Assembly (NCBI GenBank): GCA_034722055.1
Contig: JAYENL010000219.1
Location: 1-27,681, forward strand
Origin: Armatimonadota bacterium
GTDB taxonomy: Bacteria; Armatimonadota; Zipacnadia; Zipacnadales; UBA5352
Direction of reading: 5' to 3'
Length of the DNA stretch: 27,681 bases
Part shown: piece after piece, positions 26,502 through 27,681 of the stretch
How the letters are laid out: every line of letters begins with the position of its first letter
Numbering within the stretch: the first letter of the stretch is position 1
The notes under the pieces: generated by a model
Database searches by the model: none
What the model saw: only the letters and a program-made list of their open reading frames with translations
What the model was told of the DNA's origin: nothing
Position numbers and translations under genes: made by a program

Positions 26502-26581
26502 GTAGGTCGGCCTGCGCCTGACGGCGTTTGTCAGGCGCAGGTGAGAGCGCGCTGCAGCGCGCTCTCAGCTTCCAGCCCGAC
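26502..26581 (+). repeat. GTAG-tagged REP-like palindrome interrupted by a 57-nt double-hairpin insert
   Basis: GTAGGTCGG (26502-26510) joined to GCTTCCAGCCCGAC (26568-26581) gives GTAG-GTCGGGCT-TCC-AGCCCGAC. Between them lie a 12-bp stem hairpin (26511-26541) and a 26-bp perfect palindrome (26542-26567). Confidence 0.65.
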
Positions 26582-26752
26582 ACCATCGCCAGACCTCAAG
26601 CGCCTCAACAGCCACTCTGTCGATGACCACGACAATGTTCATGAATAATCCGGGTTATGGAGGAGAACCGGGCGAGGATGCCGCAGTCTTGAGACCAGCG
26701 TGCGGCTTCGCGGACGGCAGGGATGCAGCGGGTCGGTCGGGAGGCGAGAGCG

Positions 26753-27681
26753 TTGCGGAGATGCAGGGATGGAGCACTGGCAGTAGCCCTTCTCGCGGGG
26801 CTGCAGGCAGTGGGTGCGGCGGTGGAGGCCGTCGAGCCGACGTCAGAGCATCGGCACGTCGAGGAGATCGCGTCCGGCCACCATGAGTACGACATCGTCA
26901 TGGGCGGCACGGTGGATATGGATAACAGCCTCACCCGGAGTCACGGGAACATCGAGGTCGCCTTCCAGCCCAACATCTCGGTGACCATCGAAAACACCGG
27001 CGACGTGCCGGTCGTGAACCCTCGGCTGGTGGTCAATGGGCGAGGGAACTGGTACACGCTGGCCGGCATGGTGGAGGAGTGGACGCGCGGGGCAACCACG
27101 GACCAGGAGAAGGCCTACCTGATCTGGGAGAACGCCCGCCACAATCGCTACCACCAGTCGCCGCTGTTCCGGTCAGTGGAGACCTTCGACCCGGTGAAGA
27201 TGTTCAACGTGTATGGCCTGAACCTGTGCGGGCAGGTGGGCAATGCGGTCACGTCGCTGTTCCTGGCCGCCGGCCTCGAGGGCTCCTACACCCGAGCGCT
27301 GCACGGCCACGTGCAGTGCGAGGCCTGCGTCGATGGTCGGCACCAGTTCCTGGACGCGGACCAGGACTGCTTCTACCTGGACCGCGAGAACGAGGCGCCC
27401 ATCAGCGGCGACGAGTGCGCCCGCGACGCCGATCTGGTCCGCCGGGAGCTCAACTACGGGCCGCTGGTGGAGAAGTGGAGCTATCACGGCACCGCGGCGC
27501 TCTTCGGCCCGGATGACACCGAGGACAGCAGGCCGCGTCCCACCGGCCACGAGATCGCGTTCACGCTCCGCCCGGGTGTGAGGCTGGTCTACCGGTGGGA
27601 CAACGTGGGCAAGTGGGCGGCCGACCGGGAGGGCGTGGAGCCGAAGTACTGGGGCAACTCCCAGTTCGTCTACGAGCCCCG
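26753..27681 (+). CDS. Secreted transglutaminase-like (Cys-His-Asp triad) protein; 3' end runs off the window
   Basis: Translated by hand because it is absent from the ORF track. TTG 26753 follows GGGAGG (alternative ATG 26723; in-frame stop at 26690). Signal MRRCRDGALAVALLAGLQAVGA. Then TDQEKAYLIW..DPVKMFNVYGLNLCGQ..LFLAAGL..RALHGHVQCEACVDGRHQFLDAD, with Cys at 27227, His at 27308 and Asp at 27353. Confidence 0.75.
   Translation, partial: MRRCRDGALAVALLAGLQAVGAAVEAVEPTSEHRHVEEIASGHHEYDIVMGGTVDMDNSLTRSHGNIEVAFQPNISVTIENTGDVPVVNPRLVVNGRGNWYTLAGMVEEWTRGATTDQEKAYLIWENARHNRYHQSPLFRSVETFDPVKMFNVYGLNLCGQVGNAVTSLFLAAGLEGSYTRALHGHVQCEACVDGRHQFLDADQDCFYLDRENEAPISGDECARDADLVRRELNYGPLVEKWSYHGTAALFGPDDTEDSRPRPTGHEIAFTLRPGVRLVYRWDNVGKWAADREGVEPKYWGNSQFVYEP

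Overview
High-GC bacterial window containing 12 long protein-coding genes, two of them cut by the window edges and therefore missing from the supplied ORF track. All 12 begin with a signal-peptide-like or signal-anchor-like segment. Most look like divergent carbohydrate-active proteins: two GH42-like, one heparinase II/III-like lyase, two GH123/DUF4091-like, one GH27/GH36-clan-like, one DUF4838, one Asp-box/BNR propeller and one CBM9-PcRGLX/YetA-LamG multidomain protein. The other two are a PQQ/BamB-type propeller split by about 10 transmembrane helices and a secreted transglutaminase-like protein. I see no transporter, regulator, transposase, rRNA, tRNA or CRISPR array. The most unusual signal is non-coding: a ~240-250 bp highly structured element present twice (7815-8053, 15705-15957) with inverted ends CTTACCTTT/AAAGGTAAG, REP-like GTAG/GGAG-tagged palindromes, and a family of short hairpin cassettes ending in CTCA. 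Two hairpin blocks look precisely inserted, without target duplication, into pre-existing palindromes. All family assignments come from motif recognition by eye, not database searches.
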